DNA of 64,000 nt from Candidatus Shapirobacteria bacterium (GTDB taxonomy: Bacteria; Patescibacteriota; Microgenomatia; UBA12405; BS750m-G30), in the NCBI GenBank assembly GCA_043817235.1, contig JBDRHA010000011.1:260622-324621 (forward strand), in the 5' to 3' direction. Positions 1-10,922 of this stretch are shown in pieces. Within the stretch, counting starts at the first letter, position 1; each line of letters opens with the position of its first letter. A model generated the notes under the pieces. It searched no databases. It had not been told where the DNA came from and was given only the letters and a program-made list of their open reading frames with translations. A program made the translations under genes and the position numbers.

Positions 1-310
1 TAGGATTTATTTTTATTAGCCTTAAACACCATTCGGCCAGCCAACGCACTGCCTCGCCAATCCCCGTTGACAACCCACTAACTAAGCCTGATTTGTCTAA
101 GGGCAAAACGATTTTCACCGGCTTTGCTTGAGCGGAAGTAACAATTACTTGTCCTTGGTCATCCATTGTTGGCTTAGTAAGATAAAGGTCCTTTTTTTCA
201 ACCTTTTCAATCCAGCCTTCAATATTTTTGGGAACTTCCAGCTTTGGCTCGCTAGACCTTATTAATTGCTCACGGGAAGGAATTGGGCTAATTCTTTCTT
301 TGCTTTCCAT
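1..310 (-). CDS. hypothetical protein, runs off the window edge
   Basis: Hand translation from ATG at 310: MESKERISPIPSREQ...GEAVRWLAEWCLRLIKINP, open to base 1; TGCTATACT extended -10 just upstream. Confidence 0.75.
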   Translation of the reverse strand, partial: MESKERISPIPSREQLIRSSEPKLEVPKNIEGWIEKVEKKDLYLTKPTMDDQGQVIVTSAQAKPVKIVLPLDKSGLVSGLSTGIGEAVRWLAEWCLRLIKINP

Positions 311-343
311 CTAGCTTTCAGTATAGCATCTTGAGCCAAAGTT

Positions 344-2062
344 TCAATAAATCTCGCCTCTCTTTCTTTTCAAAAAAGAGCTCCATCCCTCCACAAAATC
401 CACTAAAGTCATAAAGGGCGTGTCAATTAATACGGCAAAAAACACCGAAACTACATTGTATTCTTTCCACTTATTAGAAAGCCATTGGCCAATTTTCGCC
501 ACCGGAATAGAAAGCATGTCAATAATAAATTCCCAAAAGCTGGTTTTTTCCTCAACTGTTAACTCGGTTGCCCGCTGTTTAATAACCAAAGCAGCAAAAA
601 CAATAACGGCAATGTTTAGCGTGTCCAAAAAGAGCGAGGTCGGGGGAATTCGGACGTAATAAAAAAGAGCAAAAATCAGGCCCAAAGAAAGCAGACTTCC
701 GAGCAAATAGAAAAAGTTAATAACCAAAGAGAAAATCACCCTTTTTGGGGGCCGGGCATTAATTTCAAAAGAATCTCCTCTTGCCGTGGGATAAACAATT
801 TTTAAAATTCCCTGAGTAACTTTATCTAAATTACTTTTAGATGGGGGCTTAATCAAAGCTACTAAAATAAACATTAACAAACTAGGAATAAGGATATCCA
901 CAATTACAGCAAGCAGGCTAAAATGGCCTTAAAAAAGCCGGGCTAAGGGGACCTCCACGATAAAAAGAGAAAAAGCGCCGGCTACAAAAATAGACAAAGT
1001 AGAATAAATAGCCGCCCGAAAAAGCCTTTTTTTTAAAGTAGATAGGCGCTGATTATAAGCTGTTTTAATTAGCTCTTTTAAATGATTTTTCTTTAAAAAA
1101 GCTAAAACTGGATCTTCGCCCTTTTTTAAAAGATCATCAAGAACATCACCTAAGATTAAATAAAGAGTATCCCAGTGTTCAGCCAGTTTGAAAAATTCAC
1201 CGGAAAGAGGGTGACTTAAATGAACCTCTGTTTGCTCCCAAAGAGAAAAAATATTACTGGTTACCTGCTCTACTATTTTCGCCGAAGCCTCAGGCCATTC
1301 GGGATAATAATAATTAAAAAGGCGAAAACTGATAAAGGCAGTATCCAGATGAAAAAGGGTGCGGTAAACAGCAATCATCACCTGAATATTTTTCTCGCTC
1401 TCGTCCATCGCTCCTTCGGGGATAACTTTAATCCGGCTAACCAAGGACTTGGCCATGAAATTCATCAAGGCCATTTGCTTTAAAGGAGGATCCAGCAGAT
1501 CCTCAATCTCACAAGCAGCAATTTCTAGGATCCAATTGTAAAAGTTAATTTTCTTTTTAAAGTTAGCAGGCACCTGGTTAGCTGACCAAGGCGCATTTTC
1601 TAAAATATAAATATACTTGCTCAAAGCCTTCTCCAGCTTAAGAATCCTGCTCTTGGGAATCTCGTCATTAGGAAGATGGCCGCCCCGTACTAGTTCCATT
1701 ACTAAGGGCTCGGCCATTTGTTTTGCTTCTAAACCAGAATTAATCTTAATCCCCGAAAGCTCGGAAATTAGTCTCCTTTTTAAGATGCGCTCAATCGCCG
1801 CCCTTCTTATCAAGTGCTCCTCTTTCCAATCTATTACTTGGCGTAGTCTTTCATAAAAACCGGCCAATTTAGAAGCCACCTCGTCTACGTGAACAGTCGC
1901 TCCGGATTGAGTTAAAGGATAATGAAAAGAAGCTTTGTACTTTTCCACCAGGTTTTCCACCGAAGGCGTTATTTCAGAATCGGTTTTAACAGCCAGGCTC
2001 TCTTCCTTTTTTTCCTTCTTTTTTGGTAAATTATTTTCAAAAAGAATTTTCGGGTCGGTCAT
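344..2062 (-). pseudogene. conserved membrane protein split by an in-frame TAA at 929-931
   Basis: ORFs 929..2155 and 344..901 share a frame and read VPLARLF*GHFSLLAVIVDILIPS across the stop; likely start MTDPK at 2062. Confidence 0.75.
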
Positions 2063-2097
2063 TGCTTTTGCTATTCTAACACAAAGAGCGCTTTGAG

Positions 2098-2736
2098 CTA
2101 ACGGCAAAAAGTCAAACCCCAAACTTCTCCCGCTCCCTGATGCTTTAGCTGCCAAGCCGCTTCTTTTAAAGTAGCCCCGGTGGTATAAACGTCATCAAAA
2201 ATAATTAAATTAAAACCCTTAGCTTTTTTGCTGGCCCAAAATTGATGCCGAGCATTTGCCTGCCTTTCTTTTTGGTTCAGGCCCACCTGGGGGCGCTTAA
2301 ATTCGCTTCGGATCAATAATTTATCTTTATAGCTAAATCCCAATTTATCGGCTAAAATAAAAGAAATAAGAAAAGACTGGTCAAAGCCCCGCCATTTTCT
2401 TTTAATAAAATGCAAAGGCAAAGAAGTAAAAATAAATTTCTTTTTCCGCCAATAGCTAAGAAGCAATTTATTTTTTTGGACTTCGGCAAAAAGCAGATCA
2501 GCCAAGCAGTTTTGCAAATCACGAACCATTTCAAATTTATAAGTCTTAATTAAGTATTTAATCTCTTTTTGATAAGCAAAGGGACTAAACAAACCATCCA
2601 AAGATGACCTTTTTAGAAAAACGACTTGCTTTCTTTGGCGCGGAAGTCTTTTTTTGCATGAAGAACAAAGATACTTTTCTCCTTTTCCACAAAACAAACA
2701 TTGTTGGGGAAAAAGAATATTAGCCAAAAATTCCAC
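2098..2736 (-). CDS. comF: ComF family competence protein (Zn ribbon + PRTase)
   Basis: CLFC..LCSSC ribbon, RGFDQS, IIFDDVYTTGAT; start moved to GTG 2736 because the longer ORF overlaps tmRNA. Confidence 0.9.
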   Translation of the reverse strand: MEFLANILFPQQCLFCGKGEKYLCSSCKKRLPRQRKQVVFLKRSSLDGLFSPFAYQKEIKYLIKTYKFEMVRDLQNCLADLLFAEVQKNKLLLSYWRKKKFIFTSLPLHFIKRKWRGFDQSFLISFILADKLGFSYKDKLLIRSEFKRPQVGLNQKERQANARHQFWASKKAKGFNLIIFDDVYTTGATLKEAAWQLKHQGAGEVWGLTFCR

Positions 2737-2738
2737 TT

Positions 2739-3077
2739 TGGTGGAGATGCCCCGGAGTGACCGGGGGTCCAAGAAAATACTTAAAAAGCGTCTACAGGTT
2801 TATTAAGTTCTTAGGCAATAAGTGCCAGCTTATTTTTTCTCCTTTTTGGGAATTAAGCCAGTCTTCCCAAAAAGCAAGTTCGGTCAAGTTGACACCTATC
2901 TGGCTTCCCCGAACAAAAAGCCAGAAGATGCGCTTTAGTTAGCTTTTTCAAGCATAAGCAAAAGCGGGCTGATTATATTCTTCAGCATATTTTTTTGGTC
3001 CTGTTTTACTTCGCAATTGAACCAACGAAGACCTGCAGCTTTTTAAAGTGCTTTCCCTGTCGAGTCTATTCATCCCC
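2739..3077 (-). ncRNA. ssrA: tmRNA, tag peptide AEEYNQPAFAYA (2948-2986)
   Basis: 5' GGGGATG..ACTCGAC pairs with 3' CATCTCC-ACCA including the G3:U70 alanine wobble; T-stem CCCCG/CGGGG; Ala-ended tag ORF; adjacent to smpB. Confidence 0.95.
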
Positions 3078-3504
3078 TCTTTAGAACATTTCTCATTTCT
3101 CTTTCTGCTTCTTCCCTGATCAGCTCTTTTTTTCTCTCGTGCTTTTTTTTAAGTCTCCCTATCCCTAGCTGAACTTTGATCCAACCATGCCTAGTATAGC
3201 AACTCAAAGGGATAATTGTCAATTTTTTCTTTTTCTGAGTCATCAGCCAAGAAATTTCTTTTTTCCCCAAAAGCAGTTTCCGCGTCTGGCCTGAATCATA
3301 GTCCGGCTGGTAAGCATAAGAGTAGGGAGCAATTACGGCGTTAACAAGAAAAACTTCCCCTTCCTGAATTTTTACATAAGCACCGCCCAGCTGAATTCCC
3401 CGGGTTTTCACTGATTTTACTTCTGCTCCAGACAAAATAATCCCTGCCTCTGCTTTATTAATAATCTGGTAAAGCCTTGCTTTGGGGTTAAGATAGCGCT
3501 TCAT
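3070..3504 (-). CDS. smpB: SsrA-binding protein
   Basis: EAGIILSGAEVKSVK, RKLLLGKKEI, basic C-terminal tail. Confidence 0.97.
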   Translation of the reverse strand: MKRYLNPKARLYQIINKAEAGIILSGAEVKSVKTRGIQLGGAYVKIQEGEVFLVNAVIAPYSYAYQPDYDSGQTRKLLLGKKEISWLMTQKKKKLTIIPLSCYTRHGWIKVQLGIGRLKKKHERKKELIREEAEREMRNVLKRG

Positions 3505-5289
3505 TTAAATTAAGATCATAAACCTCACCTGAGGTAAGTAAAAACAGCCACTCTCCGTTTGGGCTTAAAACCAAATCTAAAACTGGATTAATTTCTAAAT
3601 TGACCTGGCCTTGCCAAGCTCCATTTTTATCCCAAATCAGAATCTGATTTTCTTTATTGAGCACCACCAGCCGCGATTCAGATAACCCTAAAAAAGAACT
3701 GGGCCTTAGAGGATTATTTTCCAAGCTAAAAGCCACTTCTCTTCCTTGAAAAAATTTCCTCACCTCTCCATTTTCCAACAAAATCCAAATACTGCCGTCA
3801 ATAGCCGCATCTTTTATTTTTTCCCAATCTAAAGATGGTTCTGCCGCAAACCAACTTTGTTGAGAAGAGTAGGTTTGGCCCAAGCCCACAATCTTTGCCA
3901 GCTCCTTTTTATTTTTATCCAAAATATAAAAATTATTACCCCAAAAAGAAAAAAAGGAATAATCGCTCCCTTCTCTTTCCACTATTCTTTTAGACTGAGC
4001 CTGACCATCCCAAAAAACAACTCCCCGATCGTCAGCTAAATAAAAGCGATTCTTGCTTTCCACCGTTAATTTTTTAGCATTTGCCAAAATTTCCCCGCCA
4101 GACAAAGTTTGACTGCGCTTGTTCAGATATTCAAACCGATAAACTTTTTGCACTCCCGGATCAAAAACAAAAAGTTCTTGGTCGCTAATCACCAGCTGCT
4201 CGCCTTTTGCCTCTTCCGCCAATAGGCTCAGTTTAAAAAACAATTCCGGCCTTATTTTTTCTCCCCCGCCCGAAAAAATCACCAGTTCCTTAGCTTCTTT
4301 TCTAAAGAGTCTAAAGAAGAATCTTGAAAATTATATTCTCTGGCTTGGTCTATAAGAGACTGGGCTTCTTTGGCCAAATTCAGTTTATCCTTCTCTTCCT
4401 CTAAAGGCAGGCCCTGCGCTGTTTTTAGCTTGCTTTGAATCTCCACTAAGGCGCCGGCATACGCTTTTTGCTTTTTTACCTCTTTATTGCGAAAAAAAGA
4501 AAAACCCAAAACTGCCAAAAAAAGACAAAGCAAACTAGTCCCCAGTGCTAATTTCAACTTAGAAGACAAAAGGGGGGCTTTTAATTTAAGCACTGGAGAC
4601 TTTCGTCGGGGTATTCTCAGAACTGTTTCCAGCTCTTTTACCGTTAGGCTTTCTTCTTTTGGTGAGTTCTCCACCTGCACTAAAGCCGCTCCCATTTGGC
4701 TCTGGTCTGGCCGAGCATGAACCAAAGGAGAAAGAACCTCCGCCGCAGACAAGGAATCTCTGTTTTGCAAGCAAGCCTTAATTGTTCCTTGGGGTATTTG
4801 ATTAAAAAAGCTATCAGTTCCTAAAATAAGCAAGTCTTCTTTCTCCATCCTGCCTGAAAGAACAGATGCCTTTTTTGGTTCTCCGGAAAGCAGAGATAAA
4901 AATTTTCCCGCTCTTAGTAAAAAAGTCTGCCCGGGTCCCCAAGTTCCTAAATATAATAAATCTTGCCAAAAAACAGCCAATTGCAAAGAAAGACCAATTC
5001 GCTCGGTTAAGTATATCGGCTGCTCTCTGCCTATTTTAACTAATACTTCTTTTAACCGATTCATGGGCGAACCTTCTAGGTTACCGTAATATTCTTCATA
5101 AGTTCGAGAAATTATCTCCCGGCCATAACCCGTAGCTGCTTCCTCCGAGGCATCTTTTAAAGAAAGAAGGAGAAGAAGCTGCCCCCGTTTTTCCTTTTTT
5201 TCTTTTTCCACACCGCTAAAATGATGAATCTGCACCCAGCCTTGATTGTCTGGAGTGCCAATAATTTCCTTAAAAACAATTTTCACCAC
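3488..5289 (-). pseudogene. PP2C-like N-domain + TM + beta-propeller membrane protein, frameshifted near 4300
   Basis: ORFs 4279..5289 and 3488..4282 join (LEKEAKELVIFSGG) if one A is restored to GAAAAGAAG; DLLILGTD motif; AAIDGSIWIL propeller-like repeats. Confidence 0.65.
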
Positions 5290-5324
5290 TTAATTGTAAC
5301 ACTAGTGAGAAAAAAGAAGGAAGA

Positions 5325-5510
5325 CTAAAGAAGAAATATCGCTAATAAAAAAACCAAAAGACTTAAAAGCAGATGAAGATAGGCAAATCCTTTAATAATC
5401 CAGTTATGAGGGCTTTCAATCACCCGATCCATCATTAACACTTGGCGCAACAGAACCAAAGCAAAAATAATATACAGGCCCAAACAAAATAAGACAAAGA
5501 TCTTGGCCAC
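5325..5510 (-). CDS. small two-TM membrane protein (DUF5657-like)
   Basis: LYIIFALVLLRQVLMM pattern, two hydrophobic helices. Confidence 0.65.
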   Translation of the reverse strand: MAKIFVLFCLGLYIIFALVLLRQVLMMDRVIESPHNWIIKGFAYLHLLLSLLVFLLAIFLL

Positions 5511-5541
5511 CAGCCAAAGAGAGAAGGGAAGGGTTATAATA

Positions 5542-6186
5542 TTAACTCAACCTCCCTTCCAGCTCTTCCTGCTTTTCTTCTAACCGCAGTCTTTGCAAAA
5601 TATTAACTACCAGGGCCGGCCGAGGCACGCTTTCAAATTCAAATTCGCCCACTTCAGCTGCCGTTTGAATAAAAATCGTGCCATAATTAAACATTGTGCC
5701 TAAAAATCCCCCCATTTTATAGGTAACATCCTGAATGTTAACAATTTCTGCATCTGATACCCGCTTATAAATCAGGCTCACAAAATCAATATCTATAATT
5801 CTTTCGTCCGTAATAATATTCACGGAAAAATACCAGGAAAAAAATTCTTCTAAAAAAAAGGCCAAAACGAATAAATACCACATTAAAACCAAAACAAGCC
5901 GAAACTGATCCGGCAGCCATTCATAAGGAGGAAGATAGGGCAGAAAAAGAGGGGCCACGAGCATCAAGGCAATAATCAAAATCCAGCGCAAATTGGTGAT
6001 CCAGTGGCGGCGCAACAGTAAAATTACTTTTTCCTCTACCAGCTGATTTTCAAAACTAAGGTATTTAGGCCGCGCAACAAAAGATTTAAAAAAATTAGTT
6101 TCTTTGCCAACTAGTCGATAAACTTCCTTCCGAACCTCTTTGAGTTTTTCCGAACGCTCGCTTTGGGCAGTATAAATATCAGCCAT
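5542..6186 (-). CDS. bacterial PH-domain membrane protein
   Basis: LRRHW, two TMs, IITDERIIDIDF, NYGTIFIQTA. Confidence 0.85.
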   Translation of the reverse strand: MADIYTAQSERSEKLKEVRKEVYRLVGKETNFFKSFVARPKYLSFENQLVEEKVILLLRRHWITNLRWILIIALMLVAPLFLPYLPPYEWLPDQFRLVLVLMWYLFVLAFFLEEFFSWYFSVNIITDERIIDIDFVSLIYKRVSDAEIVNIQDVTYKMGGFLGTMFNYGTIFIQTAAEVGEFEFESVPRPALVVNILQRLRLEEKQEELEGRLS

Positions 6187-8011
6187 TTTTAATTAAGGTG
6201 ACCAGCTCTTCTCCGGTCAAGGTTTCCTTTTCCACTAACTTTTGGGCGATTTTGTCTAGGTATTTTTTATTTTCTTTTACTATTTTCTGGGCTTGTTTAT
6301 AAGATAAATCAATAATCGCCTTAATTTCTTTATCAATTTGAGAGCGCATCTGAGAAGAAATCTCCTGATCGCTAAAATAAGAACGAAAAGAATCACCCTG
6401 TTCAAAGCTTGGGCCAAAATTAAGCGGCCCTAAACTGCTCATGCCATACTCCGTCACCATTTTTCGGCTGATTTTTGTTGCTTGTTCAATATCCGAAGCC
6501 GCACCGGTAGTCATTTCCGAAAACTGAAATTCCTCCGCAGCTCGGCCGCCCAAAAGAGTGGTAATCTGGGAAAGCAATCTTGTTTTAGTTTCCTGAAGCC
6601 GATCCTGCCGGGGCGAAATCAAGGTATAGCCCAAGGCTACCCCTCGAGAAACAATAGAAACCCGCTCAACCGGATCAATTTCCGGCACATAAAAGCTTAC
6701 TAAAGCATGGCCCGCTTCATGATAAGCAGTTATTTCTCTGTCTTTTTTGGACTGCAGTCTTTTTTTCTCCGGACCAAGCTTTACTTTTAAAGCTGCCTCT
6801 TCAATTTCTTCCAAGCCAATGGCTGTTTTTCGGCTGCGGGCAGTTAAAATTGCCGCCTCGTTGAGCATATTTTCTAAGTCTGCACCGGAAAAGCCAACCG
6901 TTCGGCGGGCAATTTTTTCCCAAGAAAGTCTTTTTATAAATGGCTTGCCGCTAGAATGAAGTTTTAAAATCGCTTTTCTCTCCTCCAGGTCTGGCAGAGT
7001 TAAAACTATTCGCCGGTCAAAGCGGCCAGGCCGCAATAAGGCCGGATCAAGCAAGTCACCGCGATTAGAAGCGGCAATAATCACTACTCTATCCGTTGGC
7101 TCAAAACCATCCATTTCCACTAAAATTTGGTTTAAAGTTTGCTCCCGCTCATCATGGGCCGGCATTGCCCCAGCACTTCGACTGCGGCCTATAGCATCAA
7201 GCTCGTCAATAAAAATAATAGCGGGCGCACTCTTTTTCGCTGTCAAAAAAAGATCTCGCACTCGGCTTGCCCCCACTCCCACCAAGATCTCCATAAATTC
7301 TGACCCGGCCATGGAAAAAAAAGGCACGTCAGCCTCCCCCGCCACTGCCCGCGCTAATAAAGTTTTACCTACTCCTGAGGGGCCAATCAGTAATACTCCC
7401 TTAGGTGTGCGAGCGCCAACCTTGCGATACTTTTCCGGATTTTTCAAAAAATCCACTACTTCCATCATTTCCTCTTTAGTCTCTTTTAAACCCGCCACAT
7501 CATTAAATTTAATATCCTGCCTGCCCTTTACAAAAAGCTTAGCCTTGGATTTTCCAAAAGAGAAAATACTGCTTTGAGCTCGACCCGCCTGTCTAAAAAT
7601 ATACCAAAATAAAAAGCCGGTAAAAGCCAAGGGCAAAAGCATGCCAAAAACATCCACCAAAACTTTTGTCCAATCCTGATTATTTACGCTCAAGTTAACG
7701 CTAAGAGGATCAATTCCGGCATCAGACAAAATTTGAGTAAAGCTAATATTTTCCTCTTTGGTAGTATAAATAATTTTATTCTCTTGCTTCAGCTCAAGCT
7801 CAATCCGATTATCAATTACCGTTAATTGTCCAACATCTCCTTGTTTAATTTTTTCCAAAGCCTGGGAAAGAGGAATCTGCTCAATAGAAGTGGTATTTAA
7901 ACTAGCCAATCCCAAGAACAAATAAAAAGCAAGGACTAAGCCTAAAAAAGCCTTGCCCAGGTTTCTTGCCGATAAAATCCTTTGCTTCTTCTTATTTTCT
8001 CTTTTGGCCAT
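6179..8011 (-). CDS. ftsH: ATP-dependent zinc metalloprotease FtsH
   Basis: Walker A GPSGVGKT, Walker B IIFIDE, RPGRFDR, HEAGH; start MAKRE after TGGTATAAT. Confidence 0.97.
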   Translation of the reverse strand: MAKRENKKKQRILSARNLGKAFLGLVLAFYLFLGLASLNTTSIEQIPLSQALEKIKQGDVGQLTVIDNRIELELKQENKIIYTTKEENISFTQILSDAGIDPLSVNLSVNNQDWTKVLVDVFGMLLPLAFTGFLFWYIFRQAGRAQSSIFSFGKSKAKLFVKGRQDIKFNDVAGLKETKEEMMEVVDFLKNPEKYRKVGARTPKGVLLIGPSGVGKTLLARAVAGEADVPFFSMAGSEFMEILVGVGASRVRDLFLTAKKSAPAIIFIDELDAIGRSRSAGAMPAHDEREQTLNQILVEMDGFEPTDRVVIIAASNRGDLLDPALLRPGRFDRRIVLTLPDLEERKAILKLHSSGKPFIKRLSWEKIARRTVGFSGADLENMLNEAAILTARSRKTAIGLEEIEEAALKVKLGPEKKRLQSKKDREITAYHEAGHALVSFYVPEIDPVERVSIVSRGVALGYTLISPRQDRLQETKTRLLSQITTLLGGRAAEEFQFSEMTTGAASDIEQATKISRKMVTEYGMSSLGPLNFGPSFEQGDSFRSYFSDQEISSQMRSQIDKEIKAIIDLSYKQAQKIVKENKKYLDKIAQKLVEKETLTGEELVTLIKNG

Positions 8012-9275
8012 TAGCTTTATTATACCACGACGCATGTCTTTTTCGGTGGCCAAAAAGGTTTTTAAAGGAAAAAAGAAAATGAAGCAAACAAACCACAATT
8101 TCGGTACTCACTGTTACTCCGGCTGCTCCTAGGGCAGAATACCGGGGAATGGCCCACCAATTAAGGCTCAGGTTCCAAGCCAAGGAAAAAAGCCCGATTT
8201 TCAAGCTCACCCGCTGATAGCCTTGAGCAATTAATTGAAAGCCAAAGATATGGTTAAGGTAGGTAAAAGGCAAGGAGAATAAAAGAAGACGAAGCAAGAG
8301 TGAAGAAGCAGAAAAATCCGCTCCTCCCAGAAGGAAAATAACCAAAGGAGCAAATAAATAGCCCGCCAAAAGAATTAAGAAAGCAGACAAAAGCGCCCAG
8401 CTTATCCCTAGCCTAAAAGCCGCTTTTTGTTTTTTGCCCTCTTTTCGTTGAGAAAAAAGCGGAAACAGAGAGCGAGACAAAAAATAAATCGGTAAAATCA
8501 AATTGCTGTAAAGCTTATAGCTCAAGCCATAAATTCCCACCGCAGAAGAACCCCAATAATAGCGTAAAAAGGAAGTATCCACCAGTCGATCGTAGGCCGT
8601 GGATAAAAAAAGAAGAGCGCCGGCGGGAAGGCTTTCTTTTGCCAGCAATTTAAGTGTTTCTTTTTTCTTCAAGCTCCAGCCTAAAAAATATTTCTTTCCT
8701 TTAACAAAAAGGGTCAAAAAAGAAACTAAGCGGCTTCCAGCTAAAGCCCAAACTGCTCCGGGCAAGCCCAAGTTTTTCGCCAAAGCCAGAAATAAAAAAA
8801 GCAAAAATAATCCGGAATTCAAAACCTCAGCCAAGGTTTGCCAAAAAAAGCTCAACTGGGCCTGGAAAACAAGAGAAAAGCTAGTCTGAAAACTAGTAAA
8901 AACTAAAGCAGGAAGCAAAATAAAAGCAAGGACTTTCAGGTTAGAAAAAAGGGGCAGAATTATTATTGCTCCCCCCGCCAGAAGCAAGGCCAAAGCTAAA
9001 AAATAAGCTCTTAATATTGTTAAATTCGTAAAAACTAATTTGGCTTTTTCTTCTTTTTTTTGCCGGCAAATTTCTCTGACTCCAATATAAGGCGTTCCCC
9101 AGTCAGCCAGCGTTACCAAAAAGAGAAAAAAGGCCAGTAAAAAGCTATATTCTCCATAAGCAGCTACTCCCAGAAAACGAGTGAGCAAAGCCGTGGCAAT
9201 TAAACCAAAAAGAATAATTAAGCCTCGGCCAAAAAGCTGAACTGCCGTATTTTTAATAATTTCTTTTTTCATCAA
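7992..9275 (-). CDS. Wzx-type oligosaccharide flippase
   Basis: Many TMs, LTRFLGVAAYGEYS, VGIYGLSYK, IPRYSALGAA. Confidence 0.85.
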   Translation of the reverse strand: MMKKEIIKNTAVQLFGRGLIILFGLIATALLTRFLGVAAYGEYSFLLAFFLFLVTLADWGTPYIGVREICRQKKEEKAKLVFTNLTILRAYFLALALLLAGGAIIILPLFSNLKVLAFILLPALVFTSFQTSFSLVFQAQLSFFWQTLAEVLNSGLFLLFLFLALAKNLGLPGAVWALAGSRLVSFLTLFVKGKKYFLGWSLKKKETLKLLAKESLPAGALLFLSTAYDRLVDTSFLRYYWGSSAVGIYGLSYKLYSNLILPIYFLSRSLFPLFSQRKEGKKQKAAFRLGISWALLSAFLILLAGYLFAPLVIFLLGGADFSASSLLLRLLLFSLPFTYLNHIFGFQLIAQGYQRVSLKIGLFSLAWNLSLNWWAIPRYSALGAAGVTVSTEIVVCLLHFLFSFKNLFGHRKRHASWYNKANGQKRK

Positions 9276-9675
9276 TCGCCAAGTTGGCCAAATAGTCCGC
9301 CCGGCTATTTTTTTCCCGAGGGAGATGAAAGAAGCGGGCCTTTATTTCTAAAGAGGCAATTTTTCTTTTAATCTCGAAAATTAGGGGCTTTAAATTATTA
9401 GCTTTTATTTTCCAATTCCCGGAAAGCTGGTTTGCCAGCAGCTGGGAATCAAGATAAAATTCCACTTCCTCCTGGCTTAAACCCTGACAACCATCCAGCC
9501 AATTTAAAGCGAGCAAAACCGCTTCATACTCTGCCTCATTGTTAGTTTTCTTCCCTAAAAATTTTTTACCGGAAAAAATAATTTTTTGTTCGGCATTTTT
9601 AACAACAAACCCAGCGCCAGCCGGGCCTGGATTTCCCCTAGCCGCTCCATCGGTGAAAACGACTAGCTTGGCCAT
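9253..9675 (-). CDS. rnhA: ribonuclease HI family protein
   Basis: TDGAARGNPG, TNNEAEY, DSQL, NSRADYLAN. Confidence 0.93.
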   Translation of the reverse strand: MAKLVVFTDGAARGNPGPAGAGFVVKNAEQKIIFSGKKFLGKKTNNEAEYEAVLLALNWLDGCQGLSQEEVEFYLDSQLLANQLSGNWKIKANNLKPLIFEIKRKIASLEIKARFFHLPREKNSRADYLANLAIDEKRNY

Positions 9676-9678
9676 TAT

Positions 9679-10149
9679 TTACTTGAGCTTAACCACTACT
9701 CGCCGACTCTCTCCCTCCCCTTCTGAAGCTGTAGAGACCAGAGGGTGATCGGCAAGCTGAAGATGAATAATTCTCCTCTCCCAAGAAGACATCGGCGGCA
9801 AATAAACCGGCCGCTTGCTTGCTTCCACTTCAACCGCCGCTTTTTTAGCCAGATTAATTACCTGATCTTCCTGTTTTTTCCGATAATCATTAATTTCCAA
9901 AAGCACAGGCCGCCATTCATCTAACTGAGAAGAAACCATTAATTTTAATATTAACTCCAAAGCGGCCAGCCCTCTCCCTTGAAAACCTACTAAAAAAGAC
10001 GGGTCGGCAGTTTCCAGCTTAACAAGAATTTCTCCTTCTTTTCCGGCTGAAACTTTTGCCTTCGCCTCTTTTTCAGAAAGCAAGGAAAGCAGTTTTTTTA
10101 ATGTTTTTAGAACTATTTTTTCGCCCCTAGAGTCCTTTTTTTGCTTCAT
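9679..10149 (-). CDS. jag: Jag/KhpB RNA-binding protein (KH + R3H)
   Basis: LVGFQGRGL KH loop, LPPMSSWERRIIH; position in the yidC operon. Confidence 0.9.
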   Translation of the reverse strand: MKQKKDSRGEKIVLKTLKKLLSLLSEKEAKAKVSAGKEGEILVKLETADPSFLVGFQGRGLAALELILKLMVSSQLDEWRPVLLEINDYRKKQEDQVINLAKKAAVEVEASKRPVYLPPMSSWERRIIHLQLADHPLVSTASEGEGESRRVVVKLK

Positions 10150-10919
10150 TTTTGTATTTTTTTCTTTAGGATCCATTGTTGAGCCAAATTAAAAAGAGAA
10201 AAGGTTGTCCAGTAAACAATCAAGCCTGAAGGAAAGCTATAACCAAGAAATAAAGTCATAAAAGGGAAAATATACAAAGATTGCTTTTGCATCATCGCGC
10301 TCAAATCATCGGCGGTGCTTTCTGTTTTTTGGGCAACCTTTTCTTCTTTTTTCACCACCGGAAGCATTAATTTTGCCGCCAAATATTGAGAAGCTACTGA
10401 AAGAAGTAAAAAAGGCCCCGGGATAGAAAAATTAAATAATTTAACTAGATCCGGCTTTGTTAGATTAAGATAAAGAAAACGGGAAGACAAAACAGTGCTT
10501 TCCGGAAGACGCAAAAAAGAATAAACAGCTCCATTAATTTTTTCTATTACCGTGGCCGGATCGGCTGACAAAAGAACATCGTTAAAAACCCGATACAGGG
10601 TAATCAAAATAACTATCTGTAATATTTGAGGCAAGCAGCCGGCCGCCGGATTGATTTTTTGAGAGCGATAAAGCTCCATTTGCGCCTTGGCTAATTTTTG
10701 CTTATTTTGGCCGTACTTTTTTTTAAGCTTAGCAAGCTGGGGAGAAAGCTGCTGCATTTTAAAAGCCGCTTTCATCCCCGGCAAAGAAAGAGGAAGAAGA
10801 ATTACTCTGATAAGCAATGTAGCAGCCACAATAGACAAGCCCAAATTCCCCAAAAGATGATAAAAAAGAATAAGCAAACTGATAATTGGCTGATAAAGCA
10901 ATATTTGTCCTACATTCAT
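10146..10919 (-). CDS. yidC: membrane protein insertase YidC
   Basis: GLSIVAATLLIR, NPAAGCLP, PSGLIVYW. Confidence 0.95.
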   Translation of the reverse strand: MNVGQILLYQPIISLLILFYHLLGNLGLSIVAATLLIRVILLPLSLPGMKAAFKMQQLSPQLAKLKKKYGQNKQKLAKAQMELYRSQKINPAAGCLPQILQIVILITLYRVFNDVLLSADPATVIEKINGAVYSFLRLPESTVLSSRFLYLNLTKPDLVKLFNFSIPGPFLLLSVASQYLAAKLMLPVVKKEEKVAQKTESTADDLSAMMQKQSLYIFPFMTLFLGYSFPSGLIVYWTTFSLFNLAQQWILKKKIQK

Positions 10920-10922
10920 TTT

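Noticed and set aside
2757-2942. 61-aa plus-strand ORF
   Set aside because: Antisense to tmRNA
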